From assembly GCA_964187785.1 (NCBI GenBank), contig OZ076409.1, forward strand, positions 5,520,001 to 5,584,000: a stretch of DNA of 64,000 nucleotides, in the 5' to 3' direction. Made by a program: the position numbers and the translations under genes. Below are positions 26,406 to 37,753 of the stretch, in pieces. Numbering within the stretch: position 1 is the first letter of the stretch; every line of letters begins with the position of its first letter. Origin of the DNA: Amphiscolops sp. MND2022. Lineage: Eukaryota. Under the pieces are notes generated by a model. That model was not told the origin of the DNA and did not search any database. It worked only from the letters and a program-made list of their open reading frames with translations.

Positions 26406-27633
26406 ATGGAATTTTTTCTCTTGAAAAATAAATATGCTCTTGTTAACCGATTCATAAAATTGATTTTACAAAATATAGTCCAAATAGGTTAGCTACAAGC
26501 AATATTAATTGTTCAAATATTTCAATCAGCTTGCCAAGTGAAAATGCATACATTTGTTTGCAAAATTCATATATATCAGTAGATTTTAAAGTACTCAAAC
26601 AAGATGATACAAGATATTGCCGATGGTGATCAGATGAGCTTAATTAACTTTCGGCCTGTTGCTTTTTTTGGTGAAGCTAAGCTGACAACCAGTTCGGGGA
26701 AACACCTTGAGAAAAATGATAAGTTACACACGGTAAGTTTATTGAATAAACGTTTAACTAGTGGTCAGCAAACCAGTGAACTGATGTATGGCTTTGACGA
26801 ATCACAAGCAACCGGAAGATTAGAACTAACAAACCAGAAGACAGAGAAAAGAACAGTCATTGTGAACATCAAGCTAACTGATTTATTTGGGTTTGCTGAT
26901 CAAGAAAAAGTAACATATGGTTTGGGTTATACTCTTACTTTAAATCAAACTAATAATAACGACCCAATCATTCGTACTGCAGGAGTAGATGCTGCAAAAG
27001 TATTTATAAAAGGTATAGGTTGGTATATTCCACACTTTACACCTAGCTTAGAAAACCTACAAATAAGGATGGATCAGTTACTGAATAAAGACCCAACTGA
27101 ATTGTATTACATGGAACGGATTGTTTTTAGTAAAGATGTAAATACTAATACCAATTGGACCTTTGACTTGGAAATATTGACGAGTCTACTTCTACTTTCG
27201 TAATAGTTGGATTTCAAGCTAGAAAAAAAATTGATTCGCAAACACATGATTATGCAATATTTGATCGTTTACCTATTTCAAAGGCTGTTTGTAAAATAGG
27301 ATCGGAAAAATATCCTATTGAAGGAATTGAATGTGACTATGATAGAGATAACTACCATGAAGCATATCAAGAAATAGGAAACTTCTATTGGTTAAAAAGT
27401 GAAACTAACCTACTGAGGCCATTTATTGATTTGCATAAATTCAGGACAATTTATACTTTTATGTATTTGACTTATCCAGCCAAAAAGATCACATTGCGAG
27501 TCAACCTATTGGACTGGAATTCAAATTTAGTGCTGCCATTGATGTTGTTGATAATAAAGCTTATGCCCTGGTCCAAACACCCAAGCGGATAAGTTTGATA
27601 CGTGATGGACAAAGGCATTTCGATTTAACATGA
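26406..27633 (+). pseudogene. Major capsid protein (double jelly-roll, hexon-like)
   Basis: ~410 codons across frameshifts: YICLQNSYISVDF, AFFGEAKLTTSSGKHLE, IKLTDLFGF, IGWYIPHFTPS, FVIVGFQ, KIGSEKYP, YVFDLSSQ, LEFKF...AYALV. Confidence 0.85.
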
Positions 27634-27899
27634 GAAATAAAGATATAAATAAATAAATTGATAATAAGGATTGTTTGTATATAAAATGATAAGGAATCTC
27701 AGATATCGAGAGATGACTTATTAAAATGTTATTTATAAAAAATATTATTAATAATAAAGTCTTTACATATAAAACAGTATTTATATTTATGACATAATAA
27801 AATACATACAATTATGAAAGATGTATCTTATCAGTTTTAAGCGCTGTTGATGGGTTAGATTTTGCTTTTATATACTATGTATATAAATAAATTTCTTCA

Positions 27900-30800
27900 T
27901 CTTTTTAAAATTAGGTTACAGCTTTTCTGGATTCGCATAATACTTTATGATATAAAAATAAAAACATCAAACAAAATAGACATGGACAGTCGCCTTTTTG
28001 AGTGTGGTTATCCCATGGTAAACTTGGTACATGTACATGGTATTTAAGTACATACGTTTATCGTCAAAAGGATTCAAATCCTAGTTTGCTTTGTTTCTCC
28101 ACAGTAATGTTGCGTAAATTAGATCTAATTGAATAATTTGTTGCATTTGCTGTTTTGGATATAAATAAACTGCCTTTGTAGTCTGCATATTTTGGTGTAT
28201 TTTGGATTCCCTGTTGTTTAGCTTTTTGTATTGTATTATTACTAAATGAATATGACTTTGATCGTAAAACTATGAAGCTATCTAACACCAAAACTGGACT
28301 TGTTTCAATTTTCATTATTCCTTAAACTTTCTTGTTAATAGGATTATATAATTCAAGAGATTTATCTAATTCACTGAAGTCAAGTTCATCTTCATTTCGT
28401 TTTAAAAACTTGATTAGATTTTCCTGGTTGGTATTAAATTTAAGAACAAAACTATCATTATCCATGTAGTGAATTTGTATGGATTGTTTCCAATATGGTT
28501 CTAAACTCTTAAATTAAAATTCATACATTATTAGTTTTGATAGTTCTAAAATTGTAAAACCTAAATAAATTGGTTTATCAAAAACGGTTTTTCTTCATCA
28601 AACTTATACACACTGAACGTAGAGTATCAGTCCACAATGCCTTTGAAACTTAACTTGGATTTTATTATTTGGTCTATTTGAGAATGAGCAATGAACTCTA
28701 GATTAGTTCTATCTCTTACATTATCCATAGTCTTACCAAAGAAAGCCTTGTTCATTAATTCATACAGGTCTTTTGCAAAGTTTGGTGCGTTGATCAATAT
28801 ACTTTGCTAACCATGGACTTCGCTTGAACCTATATATTGTATGAATTTTTGTTACTTTCATACCCATGCTGATGTAAAATTTGACTATCCTGTAGTGCAT
28901 CATATACTTTAGTTTGTTTGTTAGGTCACATACAAGCTTCTGGTTTGGTTTGTATTTCGATTGTTTTCCAGAATTCATATAATTTGAAACAACTCACAAT
29001 TAGCTTGTATTGATCAAGACATAAAGGAAAGTTTTTGGTAGTTTGTTTGATATCTTGTGAAAATTCTATAAAAATTCCATTTTCATTATCAGCTGGTATT
29101 TGTAAAAAATCTTCCACTACTTGTTCTTGCGAGTAGTTGTTCGGGAAAAAAAGTTTTTCAAAGTTACCAGTAGCAAGGTATTGATTCTGTGCCCATCCAT
29201 ATAGATTATTCGCATCAATGTATAAGATTTGTTTATTGACATCCGATACAACATGCCTATCACCCATAACACTTGAAAGTCCTTCACGTATATTGTTTTC
29301 TAAAAGTATTAATAATTCTTTATCGTTTATGAAGTCTATCTTTATATTAGTCAACTTCAATCCAGGTTTCCATGAATAATCTGGTGCTGAGTAACTGTAC
29401 TACGGATTAATACCATACATAAGAGTAGACTTTTCAACAAAGATCTCGAAGACATCAATTAATTGTAGAACATCCATTTTTAAGTATAACATAGTTAATT
29501 CTTGTCCGTTCTTTATAATAAGTTTTTAAATAATTTCTTGTGTTCGGTTAGTTTCTTCATCCGGTGGAGTTGTTTGTTTTAGTGTTGACCAAAAGTTTTC
29601 CATTGTTAGATTTACTGGTTCTTGGAAATTACTAAGATACTAAGATAAAGGTATCTATAAGGATAAGCCAATTTCTTTTTCAAGACTTCATCCTTAAAAT
29701 TGTTGGAATCCATTATTGGGAAACTGCTTATACTCTTAACGAACTTATCCAAACTACCACCTAAAAAACGATATGAGTCTAAGAATCTTAAACAACCTAC
29801 TGGTACACTAACATTTTCCATTGATTTTGGAATTACTTCTGGATCATACCCCATTTTGAAAGCTTGTGTTGAGAGTTGATCAAATATAAGATGACAATCA
29901 TACCCAGAAGAGTTATGGAAAAATATAGGAATAAAGCTTTTTTGCTTTTGTTTTTCATTTATGTTACATTTAGAATGGGTTGCTTCTCTGTAATTTCCTG
30001 TTAGGTGATCATGATCTCCTACTTTACCTTCAGTCAAAAGTTGTTCGCAAAGCCAACGTATGGTAGATTGTTGGAACTGTTCTTCTTCTCTAGGAGTTGT
30101 TTGTAACTCTAAATTTGTTTCAAAATAGTTACTAGCAAAGTTTTCTATTATCAACATTTCATTTACAAACCATGCTAAACACCCTTCGTCGAAGTATGAG
30201 TAGTATTGATTTCCAAATGGAGAAATCAGATAAAATCCAACTGCAATTAAAATTTGTTTAAACAATACTTTAGGGTCTTTTTGAGGTTGATTAAAACATT
30301 CGAAATCTGCATACACTCTAATAGGTAAAGGTATTTTCATGTGGTTGTCTTCGAATTATAGGTGATTCTTCTAACTGAAAGCAATATTGGTTGGTTTTTA
30401 TTTTGACAACGAATTATATGATAAATTAGAACCGGTTGTGAACTGAATGCAGTTAAACATCTTCTACACACATGCTTCGTATGTGAATCTTTATTTATTA
30501 AACAACGCAACGTTGTTATTAGACAACAGTAATTTTGATACAATATTAAATCTATTTGTGGTTGTAAGTAATTTTTAATAAAATGAATTGCTGTTAAAAC
30601 TGTTTCGTTTAATTGAAATACATTTATATTTAATCTATTAAGTCTTTCAAACTTAGGTGTATCAATAACTTTCATAGGGAAACCTAAACCTTCCAAACAC
30701 AAAGTAGACATATGAATAACATAATTTGATACTTTATTTTTATTATCCTCAACTGGAAATTAATATGCCAATATAAACCGTTCAATATACGAAGATGCTT

Positions 30801-31480
30801 TAATATCATTAACTTTATATATTTCTAATACGGCTTCTTCCATATATTGAAAAACAAAACCTGATCCTTCCAATTGTTCTTCATCTAACTTCTGTATTAA
30901 TGTGTTGTGAATTGTGATATCTTCATTGGAGTGATTATAATTTAATTCTGATTTCACCCAGTTGTGAAATACATTTTTTTCTCCGTTGATAAGTTTTGTA
31001 AACTTAGCTAAATAACTCAATTGCTTATTATATCGGGAAAAGTGATTTTTACCAAGTACTTCATTTATGTGATATTCAAGATTACCGTACTGCATATCCA
31101 TCTTTGGATTGGTTTTAAATTTCATATATGTTATTTCATTCACAATTATTTTTACACCGGACTGCGTACCGGACTGCATCCGGACTGCGTATCTTGACTA
31201 AAATTACCATGTTGATTTTTCTGTAAGTGAATTTCTTGTTAGAAATGTCTTGTTTTATCAGGTATTTATTTACCTCAATCTTCACACCAAACAAGTTGTT
31301 GTTTGGTTTTGTTCTTCTGTTGATCCGAATTTAGATGCGAATTTTATCTGATAAGGGCATATAAAAATTACATTTTTCACAATAATTTTGATTTAACTTT
31401 TCAAGATGTTCTACTGATTTATAAAGATCGGATTTGAAGGATTTTTTATAATCTAAATTACAAATACTACAATTCTCCAT
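27900..31480 (-). pseudogene. polB: Protein-primed family B DNA polymerase (pPolB) with endonuclease-VII-like Zn insertion
   Basis: Exo I VYADFEC, DHDHLTG.YR...H..CN insert, Exo II FHNSSGYDCHL, RFLDSYRFL, YIDANNLYGWA, LMNKAFFGKT, YMDNDS, LRSKSY, PFDDKR; many stops and frameshifts; 3' end approximate. Confidence 0.93.
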
Positions 31481-31705
31481 TTCTGTTTACCAAAGAAAAA
31501 TTAGTTTAATTAAATTTTTTCAATTAAAAACTTTCAAAAAATTAGTGGAAAAATCTTTTATTTTCATATCAGAAGTTGCTTCATTTTTTAATCCATATTT
31601 TTAAACAAATTCGTTGAATGACAAATACAGCTTCCCTGGCTTTGCATAATTCATTTAATATTGATTTTTCATCGATTAAAAATTTTTTATTATTGTTAAA
31701 ATGGA

Positions 31706-32074
31706 AATATCTATGCGTTGAAAAACTGCATGGTGGTTATTTTATCAAACACTTATGACAAAGGCGCTTCGCATGCGAAGCCAGCTTTGCTGTGTGTTAC
31801 CGTTTGGATGCACATCGAGAGATTCCTTATGGTGTTTTGAAGCTTTTACATTATTACTACCATACTACCATGGAGGTTACTGATTTTTTCCCTGTGACAA
31901 TATTTTTCACCGTTTGCAAGCGGAGCTCCTTCGGTGTCATGACAATTTTTGTTCAGTGAGTTTCGATTTTGTTAACATTTTAGTTGCAAAAATTGCTAAT
32001 TTTTATTGCTTTGTCTTGAAAAAATGCCTAATTTGATGACTGGTTATATCAGGAACGGGATTTCCTATACTACT
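31706..32074 (-). repeat. Polinton A right terminal inverted repeat
   Basis: Ends GGGATTTCCTATACTACT at 32074; reverse complement of 13652-14021. Confidence 0.92.
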
Positions 32075-32324
32075 AATATAATAATAGCCCAGGCAATTAT
32101 GTTTAGTAAAAGTGACTAATTATGCTTAAATAAAATTATATTTTTGAAACTAATATAAAAATAAGGAATCTTTATTATAAATTATTTGAAAAGATGGATT
32201 TGATTTCTTAGTGATTTTTCATTCACTAAGAGCATATATTTGAGCACTAAGTCTATAGGCTACACTTGGGATCATATGCATTTAGTGAAGTTGCTTAGTG
32301 GTTCAGTGATTTTTTATTAAATAA

Positions 32325-33307
32325 ATGAAGTGTTTAATTTGTGGTAAAAAAGTGAAAAATCTGTATGCGGAGCCAGCAAAGCTGGGTGCGATAATTGTAG
32401 TAATCAAAATAGATGTAAGGACTGTAATATAATGAAGACAGATTTTTATTAGTATAAAATTGATAAAATATATATTACATGTATAGAATGTTTCAATAAA
32501 AATGTAAAATGTGAATACTGTAATCGTGAATTCAATAAAACATATTTATCAAAACATATCAAGAGGTGCCTTATCAAGAATATTCTTTCGAATAATATAA
32601 AAGGATGGAAAAATAATTTTACAAATATAATAAAAAATTATGAAAATAATTTTATAATTGAAAAAACGAAAATAATTTTATGAATAATAATAAAAGTATT
32701 GAAATCATAATATAAATAATAGAAAATTAACAGTTGGTACTTCATTTTGTGGAACGACTCATTTATTATTAGACAAATCACAAAAAATTCGATTGAATAT
32801 TCCTGAAAAACATATCATTACGAAAAGTCCTGAACAAAACAAAAACAAAGAAAAAGAAGATACCGAAAGATGTATTTCAGTGCAAGAAGATCTAGAAGCT
32901 AGAACAATACAAAATTTTCAAAATTGTTGTGTTGTGTTTGATGATATGTTGAATACCAGTCAGAAATTATTAGATCCATTTTTTACTAAAAGGAAGACAT
33001 AATGATTTAGATGTTTTTTATTTACCACAGTCAAATTTTGATCTCAAAAGAACAAATAGAAACAGTTCGAATGTTTTAATTTTATTTCAACAAACCTGGA
33101 AAGATGTAGAACATATTTATAGAGACATAGCTGGTTTTGATATGTCTTATGATGAATTCGAAGAATTATGCAGCGGGGCATGGAAAGAAAAATATAATTA
33201 TTCAGTAATAAGTAGGTTAGAAGATAAAAATGAAAAATATATATGGGATTTGTAATGAATCTAATCCGCAATACCAGATAATTATTCCACAAACTGATCC
33301 TTTCTAA
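32325..33307 (+). pseudogene. Packaging ATPase of copy B
   Basis: MKCLICG..., TVGTSFCGTT (degenerate Walker A), CCVVFDDM, IYRDIAGFDMSYDEFEELC. Confidence 0.85.
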
Positions 33308-34300
33308 CTGAAGGAGCTTGTGATTTTTTGGTGTTGATTTGTTGTAATGCATTCAAATTCCAGGAGTTTATCTGCAATTGCTAATAATTGTTCACTAAGC
33401 ATAGGGTTATCATTACCTCCTACTTTTTCTAACACGATTAGATTGAGTTGATCTACAAGCTCATCTGGCTACAAGCTCATCTGGATCAGATCGATGGAAA
33501 ATATACGGATTAAATCCACTCCCGGATCGTTGATAAGGAATCTCTCGATAAGGCATCTCATGATATGCGGAGTCAGCGTTGCTGTATTGATTTTTCAAAA
33601 CTTTAATTATTTAATATCTACTTGGTTTTTTATCTCCATAATTTAGATTATATTTCATTTCATTTACAAATTTAGAAATTAGATTCTTATTTTGTGGTAG
33701 TTTATGAAATTGTGTATTAGTTATAAAATATGAAAGATCTGGATCATTTAAATTGTATGTATTACCATTTTGGAAAGTTATCGTTGAACCTTTGATTAGT
33801 ACTTGTTGAGGATCAGCGGGGTCAATTAGGAATAAATATGGATTACCTTCCACACGTTCTAAACTAAATTGACTGTTATTTTTATCAATAAACAAATTAG
33901 AAACTGTCTTAACTATACTAGAATCAATTGTATTTGAAATAACAAGCATAGTTAGGTATTGATTATTACTATTCGTAATTTTTTCAGATTCTTGTATTCC
34001 TTCTTAATTTTTTTCCTTATTTTTTTTTCAAAGCGTTACTCGATTTTTGTATTGCTCTAGTTTGGTCTTGTATTGCTCGTGTTGTAATTTGGGTAGAATC
34101 TCGTAGTGCTTGTATTTGCTTTCCAGATTCCAACTCGGTTTGGTTTTGGCTTTGTATCTGGTTTTCAATAACGGGTTCAAAATCTTCTTCCATATCGTAA
34201 TTGAAAGTCTTGCTTCGCAAGTTTCTCTCTGAGGCGGCCTTGGCGGAGTAGAGATTTTGTTGCAATTTTTTTAACCTTTTCTAAGTTGTCTCGATTGTGA
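33305..34300 (-). pseudogene. Coiled-coil protein of copy B (homolog of 16293-17201)
   Basis: ORFs 34017-34265 (MEEDFEPVIENQ) and 33611-33949. Confidence 0.55.
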
Positions 34301-34346
34301 AATGAATACATCTAATAATCATAATAATTTTGAATTTAAATTTACT

Positions 34347-34741
34347 TAATGAATTTTACCGAAATACAGGCCGTTTTATTGATGAACAAATTTTATAATA
34401 TCAGGAGCAGTTGCAGCTATCATTCGAGGATTTTTACTTACTGCTGGAGTTCCAATATCTGCTGCGAGTTCTAGTGCTCTTCCAGGATTATTTATTATTT
34501 TCTTTCCGACATTTTTAGCAGCTTTTCCTACCGAACGAAAGAAGTCACCCAATCTTTCTGCTTGTATAGTTTGATCTGATACTATAAGTGACTTATTTCT
34601 TTTACAAGTTGGAGAGGTACCTCCTAATAGTTCAACTGACTTGCCAGTTTTTGTATTTTGAGTAAAATCGCCACCAATAATTGTGGTCGCGGAATAATGT
34701 TTTCTACCAACACAATTATTTATAAATTTATCAGAGCTCAA
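34347..34741 (-). pseudogene. Zn-ribbon/amphipathic small protein of copy B
   Basis: ORF 34376-34741: CVGRKHYS...CKRNKSL...LGDFFRSVGKAAKNVGKK...NPGRALEL. Confidence 0.55.
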
Positions 34742-34753
34742 AATTTTTTTATA

Positions 34754-35730
34754 TTAAATCTTGATAATTTGAATTGTAAATGTTAGTATTTTGGAGTTGA
34801 AATCAACTGGGTTATGATTGCTATCCTCAAAGAAAAACTGGATCTTGTCTAACCATGTTTTGTTTCGTTTTTCTATATAAAATAATACAGGGTTCTTTTA
34901 TAATTTTATATCCAGGAAGTGCGCTTAAGATGAAAGAAAATGAAATTTGTTCTCGTATGCCATTAACAATTGAACCACCTACACAATCACATTCCAGGTG
35001 AACTTTGTGTGTGGTTGTTATCATAACCGGTTTTTCTGATTTATGAGTTCCTGCAGGGTAGTCGTTGTTTGTAAATCCGAGAAGTTTATTTGTTTCTGAA
35101 TTAAAATGTATGTGATGAGAAGATGTTAAAACTGATTTCATTGATAGAAATTGTATCTGCTTGGATGTTAAGTTCAAAATCAAAATCAGAATCAGGAAGT
35201 TTTTGTTTGATGGTATTATCTATATCAACTAATTCATATACTCCTGGTGTTAACTTAATTTCAAAGAAATTATTTTCAATTCCAAATTCAGGAATAATAA
35301 TTGTTTTTTTATCTTTAATAATTTGAATAATTTGATTAATTATTTTTTTTGATCAAAATCTTTTCTAGTAAGTTTCTTCTTTTTAGAAAAACTATCAAAG
35401 ATAAAATTATTTACTTTTTCTAAATTAGAGATTTTATATAAATACTCAACATTCATTACTAATTGAATGTCAACGTTTAATGATTTGAATTGTTCATCTT
35501 TTAGAAGAATTTCAAGTTTATTGTTGATGGGAGTTATAGTATAAACTGTATTGTATACTTCTGAACTTATTACTCCCATCATCCATTTAATTGCAGAGGA
35601 ACATCGAATGAAAAAGATTCTTTCTGCTTATTCATTTTAAATCCTAGTGTTTCCTGAGGTTTGGATAAGGTTTTTTCAACAATATCCAAATTATATTTTC
35701 CAAAACTCAACAAAAAATTTTCTTTTTTAT
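34754..35730 (-). pseudogene. Minor capsid protein of copy B
   Basis: ORFs 35340-35582 and 34827-35183 (KVHLECDCVGGSIVNG...PGYKIIKEP). Confidence 0.75.
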
Positions 35731-35959
35731 CATTGATTACAAAATTTGATAGATCCATTTATTAGAAAAAAACCTTTTTCTATCTAAGCTTCGCATTAAG
35801 GAAAAAATTGTTTAAATCCACTAGCGGATATGTGTTTTATAAATTCTTGGTTTTTTTGAGAATTTCTTTCTTGGAATTGGATTCTTCTCACACTCGGTAT
35901 TCACTGGCTTTTGAATATTTTTAAATTGAGCTGAATAAGTATTATTTTTTTCATTCATT

Positions 35960-36355
35960 ATTCATAAATTTTGATATCATAAACTTAGTACTGCATTTTC
36001 AAACCTATTATATTTGTGAGATATAACACATTCAAACAAAACGCTGCACAACAACTATCATTTTTCTGAATTTGATATTCTGAATAAAGACAATTTTTTA
36101 TTTGTTTCATTATGTTTACTGGAGGTGGACAGCCATATGAATAAAAAAACTTATCAGAAAACATAACCCAATGTGTTCCTTTAGATGGATGTAAGTTAAC
36201 TGTTCCTGAAGAAGTGGTAAACGTATCATCTCTCATGTATATCCGGTTGCGTTTAATTTGAGTATGTCCAGGATTTCTTTTATTTTTACAATTGAATTTT
36301 ATTCATTTTTTAATCCGTATTTTTCAACAACTTCTTTGAATGATAAATAATTCAT
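35960..36355 (-). pseudogene. Adenain-like cysteine protease of copy B
   Basis: ORF 35985-36236: NLHPSKGTHWV...YSYGCPPP...QIQKNDSCCAAFCL. Confidence 0.85.
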
Positions 36356-36689
36356 TTATTAGTTAGGAAAAGAAGTTTATAATTGATTAGACGTAGATAT
36401 AGAAAACTCTCAGTTACAAAAATTGTGTAACTTTTGATTATCCTGAACTTTTATTTATGACGTTTTTCATCAGAATAACTTCTTATTGAAATATGCGGAG
36501 CCAGCTTTGCTATATTAAACAAGTTATCTTTTCCCATGTATTAACATTAGGTATAACAAAACTGATACTGAACTCAATACTGAAGTTAAAACTGAACTAT
36601 TTGTGTCTGTTTATTAGAAAATACTAGACAGCTCTGTCTGGTATAATGTCTGGTATTTTTTCTTTGATGTGAGTTTTCCAAAGAGTTTC

Positions 36690-37059
36690 AATATTTATGC
36701 TTTGAAAATTTGCATGGTGGATAATTTATCAAACACTTATGCCAAAGGCGCTTCGCGTGCGAGGCCAGTTTTGCTCTGTGTTACCACTTGGATGCACATC
36801 GAGAGATTCCTTATGGTGTTTAGAAGCTTTTACATTATTACTACCATACTACCATAAAGGTTAGTGAATTTTTCCTTGTAACAAAATTTTTCACCGTTTG
36901 CAAGCGGAGCTCCTTCGGTGTAACAAAAATTTTGGTTCAGTGGTTTTCGATTTTGTTAGTTTTTTAGTTGTCAAAAAACGCTAATTTTTAATGATTTGTC
37001 TTGAAAAAATGCTTAATTTGATGACTGGTTGTATCAGGAACGGGATTTCCTATACTACT
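36690..37059 (-). repeat. Terminal inverted repeat of copy B (outer right end of the composite)
   Basis: Ends TATACTACT at 37059, followed by the TSD TTCTTC. Confidence 0.92.
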
Positions 37060-37561
37060 TTCTTCGAAGCACCCACGGCCCCGGGACGTCTTTCGCCCCT
37101 TTAGGTAAAATGGATACGTGGCGATGGGCGCCTGTCCCGGGCGATTCACCCATTTTTGCAGGTTCCTCCACCTCTATTGACACGTCAAGTGACCGATAAC
37201 ATCTTGCCGTCACAAAACAATTACCTCTATTCAGGATATTTTCGTGCGATTTTGCGTGTTACTAGAGAAAGTGGATGCTGTTGAAAGTTCATTCTACAGA
37301 ACAGAAGTTCAGATTACTTCGACACGTCTTTTGAACCCTTTCTGTTTTTGAATAACTTTTCATCCGACCTTGGAAGTCAATTTACGTGTTAATCAATTTT
37401 GTGAATGATTTCAGAATCTTGAGTGAACGCATTTTCAGCACTCGATTTCGCATGAAAGTAACAGACAAACAAAAGTCAAAAGTGGAAAAAAGCTTTTCCT
37501 TAATCACGGACTCAATCAGAAGAACATCAGTTTTTCACGATAGAAAGTTAGCTGTACTCAC

Positions 37562-37753
37562 ATGTCATCAAGAAAAGCAGCATTACACCAGCTCCTCTTT
37601 GACATCATGGATTTGGTTTGTTCCCACTTCCCTATCGGCCTTCCCTGTCCATCCACTTTGAGCCTCTCCACTGAATTCAAAAGACTGCCATTGTATCCAC
37701 CGACGACAATAATTTGGCTGTTGTACACATCAAAGCAAGCTGCTGCACCAAAT
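37562..37753 (-). CDS. Internal exon of a host kelch-repeat protein gene (192 bp, phase 2-2)
   Basis: ttttag| (R)FGAAACFDVYNSQIIVVGGYNGSLLNSVERLKVDGQGRPIGKWEQTKSMMSKRSWCNAAFLDD |gtgagt; open frame with a canonical kelch GG...W...M...R pattern; missed by the ORF track. Confidence 0.88.

Larger units (their letters stand above)
13652..32074 (+). mobile_element. Polinton element A (complete gene set, pseudogenised; ~13.2 kb plus a 5.2-kb internal duplication)
   Basis: ~370-bp TIRs at both ends; protease, minor capsid, ATPase, integrase, major capsid and pPolB genes between them. Confidence 0.93.
13652..37059. mobile_element. Composite Polinton/Maverick (adintovirus-like endogenous virus) insertion
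   Basis: Begins AGTAGTATAGGAAATCCCG and ends CGGGATTTCCTATACTACT; flanked by TTCGTC (13646-13651) and TTCTTC (37060-37065), a 6-bp TSD with one mismatch. Confidence 0.9.
32075..37059 (-). mobile_element. Left arm (~5 kb) of a second, diverged Polinton copy B in inverted orientation
   Basis: Reverse-complement homology to 13652-~18447 with many substitutions; breaks exactly at the A right TIR. Confidence 0.9.

Noticed and set aside
13652..37059. Single Polinton with 5-kb TIRs
   Set aside because: A third complete TIR ends at 32074, and the two long arms are clearly diverged copies
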